The notes: generated by a model not told the origin, from the sequence alone. Counted from the stretch's first letter, positions 1-10,111 are shown. The stretch: 64,000 nt of DNA from Acidobacteriota bacterium (GCA_021846945.1 JAJZVZ010000004.1:218-64217), one strand, 5' to 3'. Made by a program: numbers and translations.

Positions 1-2280
1 TTCCTCCGGCCACGGATAAAGCTGTTCAAGAAAGACGATTCCCGTGGCTGAATCGCGCCGCCGCGTGCGCTCCACGCGCAGTTCGTGTCCTATCTTGCCG
101 GTGCAAACAAGCACACGCGTGGGATCCTGTACTTCATGATCCGGCAATACCTTCTGGAACCGGGGCTCCGTGAACTCCTGCAACGGCGATGCCGCATCCG
201 GATGACGCAACATGCTCTTTGGGGTAAAGACGATAAGCGGTTTGCGCCATGACTGAAGAGCCTGGCGCCGCAGAAGATGAAAATACTGGGCCGCGGTGGA
301 TGGCTGGCATATCTGAATATTGTCGCGTGCTGCCAGTTGCAGATAGCGCTCAATGCGTGCGCTCGAGTGTTCCGGTCCTTGTCCCTCATATCCATGCGGC
401 AGCAGCAGCACCAGCCCGCTTAGCAGGCCCCACTTATCTTCGCCCGCCGCAATGAACTGGTCGATGATGATCTGCGCGCCGTTGGCAAAGTCGCCGAATT
501 GAGCTTCCCACAAGACCAGCGCCTCAGGATAATCACGGCTGAATCCGTATTCGAATCCGAGCACGCCAGCTTCCGACAGGATCGAGTTGTAGACTTCAAA
601 GCGAGCCTGGCTGGGAGTGAGATTGTCCAGGGGAATGTAGAGCTTTTCGGTCTCTGTATCTACCAGTACGCTATGGCGCTGATTGAAGGTGCCCCGCCGG
701 CTGTCCTGGCCGCTGAGGCGCACCGGGGTTCCATCCAGCACAAGCGAACCAAATGCGCAGGCCTCCGCCATGGCGTAGTCCATTGCTCGTTTGCCTCGCC
801 CCATCTCCGCTCTTTGTTCCAGAAGCTTCTTGATCTTGGAATGAATGCGAAAGTCTACCGGATAAGTCGTCAATCTCTGACTGATGTCGAGCATGCGCTC
901 CGGCGGCAGGCCTGTCTCCGGCTCCTGTTTTGCGTTATAGCATCCGCCGTGATATGCGGACCAATAAGCGGGCAGGTTAGCCAACGCAGGAGGCTTCTTC
1001 ATTCTGGCGGCCGCGGCCTGCTCGTTCGTTATTGCAGCCTGAATCTCTTCTACCCGCGCCGAAGGATCAACGCCATTCTGGCTCGCATAGATCTTGTATA
1101 AGGGAGGATGTTCTTTGATCCGCGCATAGCGAAGAGGCTGCGTGATGGTCGGATCATCGATCTCGCTGTGCCCATAACGCCGATAGCCGATCAGATCCAC
1201 CAGCACGTCGCTGCGAAAGGCATACCGGTACTCCGCGGCAAGCGCAGCCACACGAATAACCGCGCCCAGATCTTCCGCATTGACATGGAAGATCGGAATT
1301 GGCAGGCGCTTTGCCACATCGGAAGAGAACAGAGACGAATTCGACTCATCGGGACCAGCCGTAAAACCGACGAGGTTATTCACAATGACATGAATACTGC
1401 CGCCGACTGAGTATCCTTCAACCGCGGCGAGATTGAGCGCTTCCGCGCAAATTCCTTGTCCTGCAAAAGCGGCGTCTCCGTGAATCAGCACAGGGAAGAC
1501 TCGGTCCTGTCCGGCGGCGGCAAAGCGATTCTGTTTGGCGCGGGCGCGGCCCATGGCTACGGCGTCGACGGCTTCAAGGTGGCTGGGATTCGACACCAGG
1601 TGCAAACTGGCTGTGTTCCCGTTCACATCTTTCCATTGCCCCGTCGCACCCATGTGATACTTTACATCTCCGCCGCCGAGAACACTGCGTGGGTCGATGT
1701 CCTCAAATCTGGAAAAGATCGCGGCCGGCGCGGCGCCAACGATATTTGCCATTACATTCAAGCGGCCGCGATGGCTCATAGCCAGCACCGCCTGCTGCAT
1801 GCCAAGATTGGCTGCGCGATGCAGAAGCGCGTCCAGAAAAGGAATCAGCGCCGTGACGCCCTCCAGAGAAAATCGCTTGGTGCCGGGATAACGCGATTGA
1901 AGAACGTGCTCGAAGATATCCGCCCGAATCAGAAGATCGAGAATGCGCTGCGTGTCCTGCGCTGGAGCATCGCCTTCGAAGCGTTCCTGGACCCATTGGC
2001 GCTTTGTGGGGTCGGCAATATGCATGAACTCCGCACCGATCGTTCCGCAGTACAAGCGGCGCGCCCGCTCCGCAACTTCGCCTTTTTCCCTAAGCTCTGG
2101 AACAGCTTGCGGCTGAAGATACTGGCCGAGCGGATCCAGTTGGGCCTGCAGGTATCCCCAGCGGCGAAAACCGTCCATAACTTGCCGGCTCTTATCGAAC
2201 ATGATCTCCGAGGTCATTTCCGTATTCTTCTCTCCCGTCATCTCTGTTCCAGCGCCTTTCATCGTTTCCTGAGTCACCAT
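1..2280 (-). CDS. sucA: 2-oxoglutarate dehydrogenase E1 component; the C-terminal end runs off the window
   Basis: Absent from the ORF track because no stop lies in the window. Hand translation of the minus strand from ATG at 2280 gives MVTQETMKGAG..RRWGYLQAQLDPLG..YCGTIGAEFMHI..RFSLEG..MSHRGRLNVMANIVG..GDVKYHMG. The first 150 nt of the window read ..VLVCTGKIGHELRVER..GIVFLEQLYPWPEE. These are hallmark OGDH-E1 blocks. Plus-strand ORFs 499-2307 are antisense shadows. Confidence 0.85.
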   Translation of the reverse strand, partial: MVTQETMKGAGTEMTGEKNTEMTSEIMFDKSRQVMDGFRRWGYLQAQLDPLGQYLQPQAVPELREKGEVAERARRLYCGTIGAEFMHIADPTKRQWVQERFEGDAPAQDTQRILDLLIRADIFEHVLQSRYPGTKRFSLEGVTALIPFLDALLHRAANLGMQQAVLAMSHRGRLNVMANIVGAAPAAIFSRFEDIDPRSVLGGGDVKYHMGATGQWKDVNGNTASLHLVSNPSHLEAVDAVAMGRARAKQNRFAAAGQDRVFPVLIHGDAAFAGQGICAEALNLAAVEGYSVGGSIHVIVNNLVGFTAGPDESNSSLFSSDVAKRLPIPIFHVNAEDLGAVIRVAALAAEYRYAFRSDVLVDLIGYRRYGHSEIDDPTITQPLRYARIKEHPPLYKIYASQNGVDPSARVEEIQAAITNEQAAAARMKKPPALANLPAYWSAYHGGCYNAKQEPETGLPPERMLDISQRLTTYPVDFRIHSKIKKLLEQRAEMGRGKRAMDYAMAEACAFGSLVLDGTPVRLSGQDSRRGTFNQRHSVLVDTETEKLYIPLDNLTPSQARFEVYNSILSEAGVLGFEYGFSRDYPEALVLWEAQFGDFANGAQIIIDQFIAAGEDKWGLLSGLVLLLPHGYEGQGPEHSSARIERYLQLAARDNIQICQPSTAAQYFHLLRRQALQSWRKPLIVFTPKSMLRHPDAASPLQEFTEPRFQKVLPDHEVQDPTRVLVCTGKIGHELRVERTRRRDSATGIVFLEQLYPWPEE

Positions 2281-2293
2281 CTCAAACACGATG

Positions 2294-2316
2294 GCATTTG
2301 TTTGTAAAACAAATGC
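2294..2316. promoter_or_regulatory. 10-bp inverted repeat GCATTTGTTT-gta-AAACAAATGC, 14 nt upstream of the sucA start
   Basis: Perfect 10+10 bp palindrome with a 3-nt spacer, read directly from the sequence. It lies in the sucA 5' region. It could be an operator or a 5'-UTR hairpin; function unknown. Confidence 0.3.
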
Positions 2317-2620
2317 AAAGGGAAGCGTTCTGTGCGCCGGCTGCGGCGTTCCAGCAATCAGTTCAATCGGAGGAAAGGGCAAATATGATCCATCTCTGCT
2401 TCGGTTGACTTAGATTCAAACAAGAGCAGAACAGCCGGGGAAGCGGTTCCTCATCTACAGCGTATGACAGTCCGGAATCCTGCACAAGGTTTTGCTGGAT
2501 TGCGTAGTAACTGCGGCGTGCTTCCTTTGAGACGAATTGCCCAGCATCGCTATCGCCGTAGATGTGCTCTTTGAAGTGCGGTAGAAACTGGATCCGCGGA
2601 GAAGGCCAGCGCGGGTCGTG

Positions 2621-5602
2621 TTAGCTTCCGCAGTTGCAGGAGTGCGCCAGCACTTCAGCAAAGTGCAGGGCTTCGCGGTGGCCAAGCTGCGCAATCTGCT
2701 CGCGGCAACTGAATCCGTCCGCAACCACAATCGTCATCGGCCCGGCGGATTCTACCGCCGGGAGCAGGCCATCGCTGGCAATGGCTTTCGAGACTTCAAA
2801 CTTATCCGCCTCAAAGCCGAAGGGTCCGGCCATACCGCAGCAGCCTGCCTGGATGGGTTCGACCGTGGCACCGGCGCGGCGCAGAAGCGCGATCTCGCTG
2901 GCCGGCCCGCCAAAGACAGCCTTGTGATGGCAGTGGCCGTGCACAAGGATATGCGCGCCACGCAGGCAGTCCGCCAGACAATCGGGGGCTTTAGCGGTGA
3001 GCCAGTCGGCCAGCAGCCAGACATGCTGGCTGAGCTGCTGGGCGCGCGGATCGCTGGGGAAGAACTGCAACATCTCATCCTTAAACACACTTGCGCAACT
3101 CGGCTCCAGAAAGATGAAAGGCCGGCCCGCCTCAATCTGCGGAGCCATGCGGTCAAGCACGCGGGCAAGATACGCGCGCGCCGCGCCGAGCAGGCCAAAG
3201 TCGTAAAGTGGGCGGCCGCAGCAGATGTGGCCCTGGGGAACTTCAACGCGGAAGCCGGCGCGGGTGAGCACGGTTTCAGCGGCGTGGAGAGTCCGCGGAT
3301 GGTAGTAATTGTTCCATGTGTCAGGCCACAGCACGACCTGCTCCCTGGTGGAATCCTGTTGAACAGCGCCAGCAGAGGGTCGTGGCACATTGGCGGTCTC
3401 TCTGCCTTTCTGATAGCTCTGTGCAGCCAGGCGCGGAAGCTTGCGCTCGGCAGCAACGCCGGCGATGCGCTTGATGAGCGGACTGGTGATGGGGCCGGTG
3501 AGCAGGCCGTTGGTGAGTGCTGGGGCAAATGCGCCCGCGCGCGCCAGGCGATCGGCAAAGCCGAAGATATAGTGCTGCAGCGGGTGGCGACGGCCCTTGT
3601 AGTGCTGTGCCAGGAACTCGGATTTGTATGCCGCCATATCTACCTGGACGGGGCACTCGGTTTTGCAGGCTTTGCAGCTCAGGCAGAGGTCGAGCGCATC
3701 ATAGACGGCCTGGCTCCGGAAGCCCTCGTGGCGCAGCGCTCCGGCGAGCATCTCCCACAGAAGATGCGCGCGCCCGCGCGTGGAGTGCCGCTCATCGCGC
3801 GTGGCGCGATAGCTGGGACACATCGAGCCGCCTACCGTTTTGAGACAGGCGCCAACACCCACGCAACGCTCAGTTGCGTGCTCCAGGGAGCCATCATCTG
3901 CGGCAAAAACAAAGTGCGTCTCCAGTGTGACGTGAGGAGCTTCCTGCCCGGGCGCGGCCGGGGCGTGCTTCAGGTTCTCAATGGGATCGTAGACGCGTGC
4001 GGCGTCTGAAACCTTGCCCGGATTCATGCGGTTTTCAGGGTCCCAGAGCGCCTTGAACTCGCGAAATGCCTGTACCAGCTCCGCGCCGAACATCCTGGGC
4101 AGCAGCGCAGCCCGCGACTGGCCGTCACCATGCTCGCCGGAGAGTGAGCCGCCAAAGCTGATGACGAGATCGGCAGCGCGCTCGATGAACTCGCGGTAGC
4201 GGCGAATGCCCTCGGCACTGCGGAGGTCGAAGTTCGGACGCAGATGCGCGCAGCCCTGGCCGAAGTGTCCGTAAATCGGCGTCCGATAGCCGTACTCATT
4301 CATCAGTGCCGTGAGCCCGCGCAGATAGGCGCCCATGTGTTCAGGCGGAACGCCTGCGTCCTCCCAGCCCTCGTGGCCGTTGGGTTCGCCGGGGACAAAG
4401 ACAGTAGCTCCCAGGGCAGATTCGCGCACATGCCAGATGCGCGCGGCCTCGGCCGGTGGGTAGATGCGCGCATGGATGACATTCGGCCAGCTTTGTGCGG
4501 CGAGCACCAGCGCCTCCGCTTTGGCCTGTGCTTCGGCGGCCTCCCATGCGCCCATCTCGACCAGCAGAAAGCCGCCGCCGGGCGGCAGCAGCGCCACGTC
4601 TTCCACGGCCAGGCGCTTCTTCTGCATGAAGCGCACCATGATCTCGTCAAAGCCTTCCAGGCCGATGGGCTTGTGCTCCAGCACGGGTAGCACGGCATCG
4701 GCCGCGAGGAAAGCATCGGGAAAAGAGAGAACCGTGAGCACGCGGAAGGGCGGGCTGGCGGCCAGGTTCAGCGTGGCCGAGACGATATTCACGCAGGTGC
4801 CTTCGGTGCCAACCAGTGCGCGCGCCACATGGAAGCCGTTCTCAGGCAGCAACTCGTCCAGGTTGTAGCCCGAGACGCGGCGCGGAATGCGCGGAAATTT
4901 CTGGCGGATCAGCTCCGCGTAGCGGTCGCGGATGCGCGCAAGGCCGGCGTAAATCTGCCCGGCGCGGCCGCCGGCGCGAATGGCGGCCTCGATCTGCTCG
5001 GCGCTGGTGCGGCCCACGGTCATGCGCGTGCCGTCGTAGAGAATCACGTCGAGCGATTCGATGTTGTCCACGACCTTGCCGCCCAGCAGGCCATGTACAC
5101 CGCAACTGTTGTTGCCGATCATGCCGCCCAGCGTGCAGCGCGAGTGCGTGGCCGGGTCCGGCGCGTAGGTCAGGTGATAAACCTCGGTGGCGTCACGCAG
5201 ACGGTCGAGCACGATGCCGGGTTCGACCGTCGCCAGCCGCGCTTCGGGATGGATGGAGGTGAGCGCGTTCATGTAGCGCGAGTAGTCGAAGACCACGGCT
5301 ACGTTCACGCATTGTCCGGCGGTGCTGGTGCCGCCACCGCGCGGCAGCACGGCCGCTCCCACGGCGCGGCATGCGGCCAGCGCAGCCTCCACGTCGGCGG
5401 CGTCGCGCGGATAGATGACACCGACCGGAAGCTGGCGGTAGTTCGAGGCGTCCGATGCGTAAAGCGCGCGCGAGCCCAGGTCGAAGCAGACCTCGCCGCG
5501 GACCGTCTTCTTCATCTGGGCCTCAAGCTCGCGATGGCGCGCAAAGCTCTCGTGATCGAGCGCAGGCTGGTTCGGCAGAACAGAAATGGATGAAGTGGTC
5601 AT
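2621..5602 (-). CDS. FAD-linked oxidase fused to an Fe-S (CCG-type) oxidoreductase domain, YdiJ-like (GlcD-GlcF type fusion, 993 aa)
   Basis: The N-terminal half has FAD-binding PCMH-type blocks (PRGGGTSTAGQ, GGMIGNNSCG). The middle has 4Fe-4S Cys motifs (CLSCKACKTECP, CVGVGAC). The C-terminal has cysteine-rich CCG-like repeats (CCGRPL, CCGMAGPFG). Length and architecture match the E. coli YdiJ type. Confidence 0.85.
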   Translation of the reverse strand: MTTSSISVLPNQPALDHESFARHRELEAQMKKTVRGEVCFDLGSRALYASDASNYRQLPVGVIYPRDAADVEAALAACRAVGAAVLPRGGGTSTAGQCVNVAVVFDYSRYMNALTSIHPEARLATVEPGIVLDRLRDATEVYHLTYAPDPATHSRCTLGGMIGNNSCGVHGLLGGKVVDNIESLDVILYDGTRMTVGRTSAEQIEAAIRAGGRAGQIYAGLARIRDRYAELIRQKFPRIPRRVSGYNLDELLPENGFHVARALVGTEGTCVNIVSATLNLAASPPFRVLTVLSFPDAFLAADAVLPVLEHKPIGLEGFDEIMVRFMQKKRLAVEDVALLPPGGGFLLVEMGAWEAAEAQAKAEALVLAAQSWPNVIHARIYPPAEAARIWHVRESALGATVFVPGEPNGHEGWEDAGVPPEHMGAYLRGLTALMNEYGYRTPIYGHFGQGCAHLRPNFDLRSAEGIRRYREFIERAADLVISFGGSLSGEHGDGQSRAALLPRMFGAELVQAFREFKALWDPENRMNPGKVSDAARVYDPIENLKHAPAAPGQEAPHVTLETHFVFAADDGSLEHATERCVGVGACLKTVGGSMCPSYRATRDERHSTRGRAHLLWEMLAGALRHEGFRSQAVYDALDLCLSCKACKTECPVQVDMAAYKSEFLAQHYKGRRHPLQHYIFGFADRLARAGAFAPALTNGLLTGPITSPLIKRIAGVAAERKLPRLAAQSYQKGRETANVPRPSAGAVQQDSTREQVVLWPDTWNNYYHPRTLHAAETVLTRAGFRVEVPQGHICCGRPLYDFGLLGAARAYLARVLDRMAPQIEAGRPFIFLEPSCASVFKDEMLQFFPSDPRAQQLSQHVWLLADWLTAKAPDCLADCLRGAHILVHGHCHHKAVFGGPASEIALLRRAGATVEPIQAGCCGMAGPFGFEADKFEVSKAIASDGLLPAVESAGPMTIVVADGFSCREQIAQLGHREALHFAEVLAHSCNCGS

Positions 5603-5750
5603 GGAGAAATGGTAGCGCGTCCGGGCGATTTAGGCCCGGCATGCACGGGTTCCGGTTTGGCGGTGGCACGACCAAAGCCTCAAAAAACACGCTCTCATTC
5701 TGAGCGACCGTTCTCCTCGGGATTGTCGGCGGAACAGGCCGCGCTCGCGG

Positions 5751-7724
5751 TTAATTAGAGCCCGTTCCGGGAAGCGGAACCGTTAACAGAGTGTTGGAAT
5801 CCGGCATCGTCAGGTAGGCAACATTGAGATTCTGATCGACTGCAATCGCTGCAATGGGCGACGGCGTCGTCTCGGAAACAAGCACAATATGCCCGGAAAG
5901 ATCGGTAATCGAAAACCCTGTTGGTGTGGCTGTCACTACTGCCCATCCATCCTGTACGACGATCGGAGGTGCGCCGGGTTGATCAGTGTTGATTAGGACA
6001 GGGGGCGCAGCGGTAGTCACCGTCGCAGTGAACCCTCTTACCTGAGTCTGCGTCTCTGGAATGGTATACGTTCCAAGCGCGGAAACCGTGCGGGAGGCGA
6101 GGGGTGTGTAGGTAGTGCCGGATTGCACGCTGCTGGGGCCGATCTCGTCGATACTTACGGCACCACTTGCATCGACAGTGGTCGTAACCAGCTCGTTCAG
6201 CGCGTCACCGAACCCGAGTGCAGCTATTGTTTCGCCATTGGTGGACTGCGTGGCCGCCACGCTCATCGTTTGCGTATTGATTTCGGTTATGAATCCCACG
6301 CCGCCAACCCAGAGGTTGCCCGAAGAGGTCAGGGCGACGGAGGCAGGCTTTCCGCCCACTGCGACTGTCGCAGTCGCCGAATCCGTGTTTAGATTCACCT
6401 GGGTTACCGTGCTGTCGGCATAGTTGGCTACATACGCATAACTACCGTCCGATGAAACTGCCAAGGCAACTGGTTCATTTCCGACCGTGATGGTAGAAAG
6501 CACCGAGCCGTAAACAAGATCAAGGATGTCAATCGAATTGCTCCCCGAATTCGCCACCACGGCGCGCTCTGAGCTGCTCGTGGTGGTAGTGACTGTCCCG
6601 CTTTCGGTAGTCTCCTCCGTTCTTTCAGTTTCGCTTGGCGCGGGATAGACGGAAACGGCTGTCGGATTGCTCCCTACTGTCACCGGAGTGGTTCCAATCA
6701 GAACTTGGTTCTGCGAGTAGAGAGATACGACGGCAAGCGGATTGTACTTCGAACTCGAAGCGCATTTCTGAACAGGGCGGCCACCGATTACCTGCTCAAT
6801 GCAAGTTTCCACGGTAACCGTCAAGCCGCCCGCTGCAACACCGAATGGGTGGCCAGAGATCGTCTGGCTGCTGGCAATGGAAAGTAGGTTGTCGCCTGCA
6901 GGCGCAAACCCGTCACTGGTGTTGGTCTGGTTTACTATAGCCAGCGAATAGCCATTTTGTGGCAGCGCCGAAGGAAATGGGAATGTTGCCTGGCTTCCGT
7001 CACTACTGGCGCTTGTTGCGGTTTCGGTGTTTACCACATTTCCGGATTTATCATACACATACAAGAGCGGCATCCCATACTGGGTAATTAAGGGCACCGC
7101 GGATCCCAAGGTCAGAGTGTTCGGAAGGCTGCCTTGAATGGCAAATCGAGTGGAAGCCGGCAACAGGGGGCCGGATAGGGTGCAGAGCAGCACCCAGCCG
7201 TTGCCTGTGCTGTAGTAATTCGGTACCGGTATCTGATTCGGCGCATTCAGTTGGTCTGTTTCGACTTCCTCCTCCCACCAGTTCACGCCCTCGTAGGGCT
7301 TCACGCCTTGGTAGACTGGGCCGGTTTGGGGGTTGGTGTTGTAACCGCAAGGCCAGGGCTCGAGAAAGTACAGATTCCAGAATGCAGGCGCCATTGCATT
7401 GTTCACAACGAGTGGCCCGTTGCTAGGGGTTGTCAAGGGCTGATCTCCATTTTCGCCGAACGAATTCACCGTACCCTGAGTCAGATCGTTGCCGCTCGTG
7501 TCAAAATAATCGCCGCTTTCGTTTCCCCAGACTGGAACATGGGGAGTAATCATGATCGCGCTGCCAGGTAGACACTGCGGCTTTGAGACGCTCGCATCCT
7601 GGAGGCAGTTCTTCGATTCAAGCGCTATGCCCACCGTTGGATTCCCGCCTAATAGCCCGCAGCCCGAAAGCATGAGAACCACAGCGAAAAGTGAAATTCT
7701 TACTAAAGTGGAATTCAAAGGCAT
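5751..7724 (-). CDS. Predicted lipoprotein with a C-terminal YVTN/NHL-like beta-propeller repeat region; function unknown
   Basis: Signal peptide plus lipobox (MPLNSTLVRISLFAVVLMLSGC). Repeats of the type AVVANSGSNSIDILDL, YAYVANYADSTVTQVNL and NVAYLTMPDSNTLLTVPL. Shine-Dalgarno (SD) sequence AAGGGGTGA lies 4 nt upstream. Only 13 nt downstream of the preceding gene. Confidence 0.7.
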   Translation of the reverse strand: MPLNSTLVRISLFAVVLMLSGCGLLGGNPTVGIALESKNCLQDASVSKPQCLPGSAIMITPHVPVWGNESGDYFDTSGNDLTQGTVNSFGENGDQPLTTPSNGPLVVNNAMAPAFWNLYFLEPWPCGYNTNPQTGPVYQGVKPYEGVNWWEEEVETDQLNAPNQIPVPNYYSTGNGWVLLCTLSGPLLPASTRFAIQGSLPNTLTLGSAVPLITQYGMPLLYVYDKSGNVVNTETATSASSDGSQATFPFPSALPQNGYSLAIVNQTNTSDGFAPAGDNLLSIASSQTISGHPFGVAAGGLTVTVETCIEQVIGGRPVQKCASSSKYNPLAVVSLYSQNQVLIGTTPVTVGSNPTAVSVYPAPSETERTEETTESGTVTTTTSSSERAVVANSGSNSIDILDLVYGSVLSTITVGNEPVALAVSSDGSYAYVANYADSTVTQVNLNTDSATATVAVGGKPASVALTSSGNLWVGGVGFITEINTQTMSVAATQSTNGETIAALGFGDALNELVTTTVDASGAVSIDEIGPSSVQSGTTYTPLASRTVSALGTYTIPETQTQVRGFTATVTTAAPPVLINTDQPGAPPIVVQDGWAVVTATPTGFSITDLSGHIVLVSETTPSPIAAIAVDQNLNVAYLTMPDSNTLLTVPLPGTGSN

Positions 7725-7737
7725 GATTCACCCCTTC

Positions 7738-8502
7738 TCAAAAGCCGAGCGTGCCGGTTAGGTTATCGAACAACGCGACGGTCGCCTTGCGATTGTGGTG
7801 CGATGGGTACGAGGAAAGGAGCCTGCTCGCAATCGAGCCCATTGCCTCTACGTCGGCGACACCAAAGCTAGGCCCGCCTCCGTTTCGCTGGGGGTTCCAT
7901 TGCATCAGCGCTACAGCACTGTCTAGATTCCCATCGTAGAGAGTTCCGTTGTCCGAGATCAGGAGATAGAGGAGAAAAATGGCTTCCCCCGGGTTGCAAT
8001 TCGTTCCATTGCGATCCGCCGAAAACAGCGCGGGAAAAGCCTTGATCGCCGCTGCGTGTTCTCTGAATTTCCGCATGGACGCTTCGTCAGTCCTTAGGGA
8101 TGACGGAGCCCCAACCTCTTTCATCAGGTCATTGAAAGCGCGAACGACGTTGGCCTCGGCAACCAGCTTTCCTTTGCCGGTTCGGGCCATCTGCTCCGCC
8201 CGCGCCAGACGATCAGCTAGCGAATCGATGTATGCTTTTCCTGCTTCGGGTGGCGCGAGTAACCCAATCAGATCCTCACTGTATTTGTGAATCCCCGCGG
8301 GATCGGAAGCTGTGGCTTCCTGGTTGAACAGACAGAAGATGATGTGAGTGCACAAGACAGGTGGTTGTGCTGCTATCTGCACGCAAGACGCTACGAGGAT
8401 AATGAAGAGTAGCGGAACTTCCTTTGCTCCCAATCTGATTCGCACGATATTTCCCTTTCTTTCTCGTCGCTCTAGGGTATTCATCTTACCCTGCGGCTGC
8501 AT
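7738..8502 (-). CDS. Hypothetical protein, probable lipoprotein; start uncertain
   Basis: Long ORF with protein-like composition. An internal GTG at 8445, preceded by AAGGGA, would give MRIRLGAKEVPLLFIILVASC with a lipobox. I recognise no family motif. Confidence 0.55.
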   Translation of the reverse strand: MQPQGKMNTLERRERKGNIVRIRLGAKEVPLLFIILVASCVQIAAQPPVLCTHIIFCLFNQEATASDPAGIHKYSEDLIGLLAPPEAGKAYIDSLADRLARAEQMARTGKGKLVAEANVVRAFNDLMKEVGAPSSLRTDEASMRKFREHAAAIKAFPALFSADRNGTNCNPGEAIFLLYLLISDNGTLYDGNLDSAVALMQWNPQRNGGGPSFGVADVEAMGSIASRLLSSYPSHHNRKATVALFDNLTGTLGF

Positions 8503-8723
8503 TTGGAAGGGTGCTTTTCACACCGACAGGGAAAAGTAGTTGAACCGACTTAGCATCAATTTGTCTTTAATTATGTGGAGCTTGGCACATAAGCGGAGAG
8601 AACGCTCTGATCGCCGGCACAAGCATTTGTGACGCGACCTTCCGGCGCCGCAACCTCGGATTGCGAGCGGTTAAGTCTCCAATCCGGAGATAACCCGCTA
8701 CAGAAACATTGACACCGAAGCCG

Positions 8724-9284
8724 TTACCGCCCCGGCCACTCTTCCACGACGATGCCGAGATCGTTGAGCTGCTTGATGGCGGCTTCCACATTGCGGCGGA
8801 CTTTGGCGCGGTCCGCGCGGCTCGTCTCCGGCGACTCGGCCACGGCAATCACGCGGCCGTAGTGCCACGCTCCGGCTGGAATGGCTACCACCGCATTGGC
8901 CAGATCGGCCGGGCGCAACTGAATCTCCTGCTGGCGGGCAGCCTTGGGGCGCAGAAAAGATCCATCGCCCAGGGCGCTGGGATTGGTGTCGGGAAGCAGG
9001 ATGCGAAGGGTCAGCATGTTTGCGCCGACGGCCAGAAAGGGATTTTCCCAGGCCGAGGGATCGTGCACATCGGCGTAGAGGCTCTTGGTGGGCAGCGGAA
9101 TCTGCGCGAGCTGGGCACGCTGCTGGTCGCGCAGAGTTGCCGTGGCCTGTGCCTGCTGTTCGGCCTTTGCGGCTTTCTGGGCAACGCCTTCCACGGCCTG
9201 CTCCTCCCTGTGGCAGGCGGCCGCCGAGAGGACAAGCAGCAGTGCAAGTCCTTGAAAAATCCAGCCTCTTGACCGAAGTATCAC
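8724..9284 (-). CDS. Hypothetical lipoprotein
   Basis: N-terminus MILRSRGWIFQGLALLLVLSAAAC is a signal peptide plus lipobox. GTG start. The competing ORFs in other frames look like shadows. Confidence 0.55.
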   Translation of the reverse strand: MILRSRGWIFQGLALLLVLSAAACHREEQAVEGVAQKAAKAEQQAQATATLRDQQRAQLAQIPLPTKSLYADVHDPSAWENPFLAVGANMLTLRILLPDTNPSALGDGSFLRPKAARQQEIQLRPADLANAVVAIPAGAWHYGRVIAVAESPETSRADRAKVRRNVEAAIKQLNDLGIVVEEWPGR

Positions 9285-9427
9285 CGGACTAGGATAGCAG
9301 GATGGCAGAGCGCGCTGAACCGTATTCCGGCAGCAGCCCGCAATCCGTGCCGGCCGTCATAGCTAAGCCGGGCTGTCTTTAGTAATCTGATACCAAACAG
9401 CACTGTAGCAAAGACAGGAGTTGCACA

Positions 9428-10036
9428 ATGAGCCGGAAAGTTGTGGCGATTGTGGGCAGCTATCGCAGGGGCGGGACTATCGATTCCGCGGTCGATGCCG
9501 TCCTGGTTGGCGCGCGCGAAAAGGGAGTGGAGACTTGCACGATCTACCTGACCGAGGCGCACATCGAGTTCTGCAAGAACTGCCGCACCTGCACGCAGAA
9601 ACCCGGCAAGGAGCGCGGCAAGTGCGAACATAAGGACGATCTCGAGTCGATCCTGCAGCAGGTGGAGGCAGCCGATGCCGTGGTGCTTGGCTCGCCGGTA
9701 AACTACTACAACGTAACCGCCATCTTCCGCAGGTTTCTGGAGCGGCTCCTGGGCTACGCGTACTGGCCGTGGGGACAAAACGCTCCGCGCCTGCGCACCA
9801 AAGAGCAGCCGCGCACGGCGATTCTTATCGCTTCATCTGCCGCGCCGGGATTCCTGATTCCGCTCATGACGGGCGCGCCCAGGGCCTTGCGCCTTGCCGC
9901 GGCGATGCTGGGCGCAAAGCCGGTGGGCAAGCTGTGGATCGGCCTGGCGGCATCGGAGCCGCACCGCCTGCTTGCCATGCGGGACTATGAGCGGGCGCGG
10001 CGTCTGGGCTGGAAGCTGGCCGAGACCGTAGAATGA
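9428..10036 (+). CDS. Flavodoxin-like fold NAD(P)H-dependent FMN reductase / iron-sulfur flavoprotein-like protein
   Basis: KVVAIVGSYRRGGTIDSAV N-terminus typical of FMN reductases. CKNCRTC cysteine motif. VVLGSPVNYYNV flavin-binding block. Confidence 0.7.
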   Translation: MSRKVVAIVGSYRRGGTIDSAVDAVLVGAREKGVETCTIYLTEAHIEFCKNCRTCTQKPGKERGKCEHKDDLESILQQVEAADAVVLGSPVNYYNVTAIFRRFLERLLGYAYWPWGQNAPRLRTKEQPRTAILIASSAAPGFLIPLMTGAPRALRLAAAMLGAKPVGKLWIGLAASEPHRLLAMRDYERARRLGWKLAETVE

Positions 10037-10111
10037 AGCCGTGGCTGGTGAATCCTGCCAGCGCCAATCGATTAAGCAATGCACCCTCATTGATCTTCAC
10101 AGGAGATTTGC

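Noticed and set aside
2385-2408. A 7-codon mini-ORF (MIHLCFG) with GGAGGA 10 nt upstream, on the plus strand.
   Set aside because: It lies on the strand opposite both flanking genes, is too short, and has no context suggesting a leader peptide. It is probably chance.
8503-8723. Possible tRNA or small RNA in the 220-nt spacer, and the 93-aa ORF at 8567-8848.
   Set aside because: There is no T-loop (GTTCGAATC-like) or D-loop signature and no cloverleaf. The hairpin GCGGGTTATCTCC-GGATT-GGAGACTTAACCGC is better explained as a terminator-like structure after the 8724-9284 gene. The ORF overlaps that gene in another frame and is Arg/Ser-rich.
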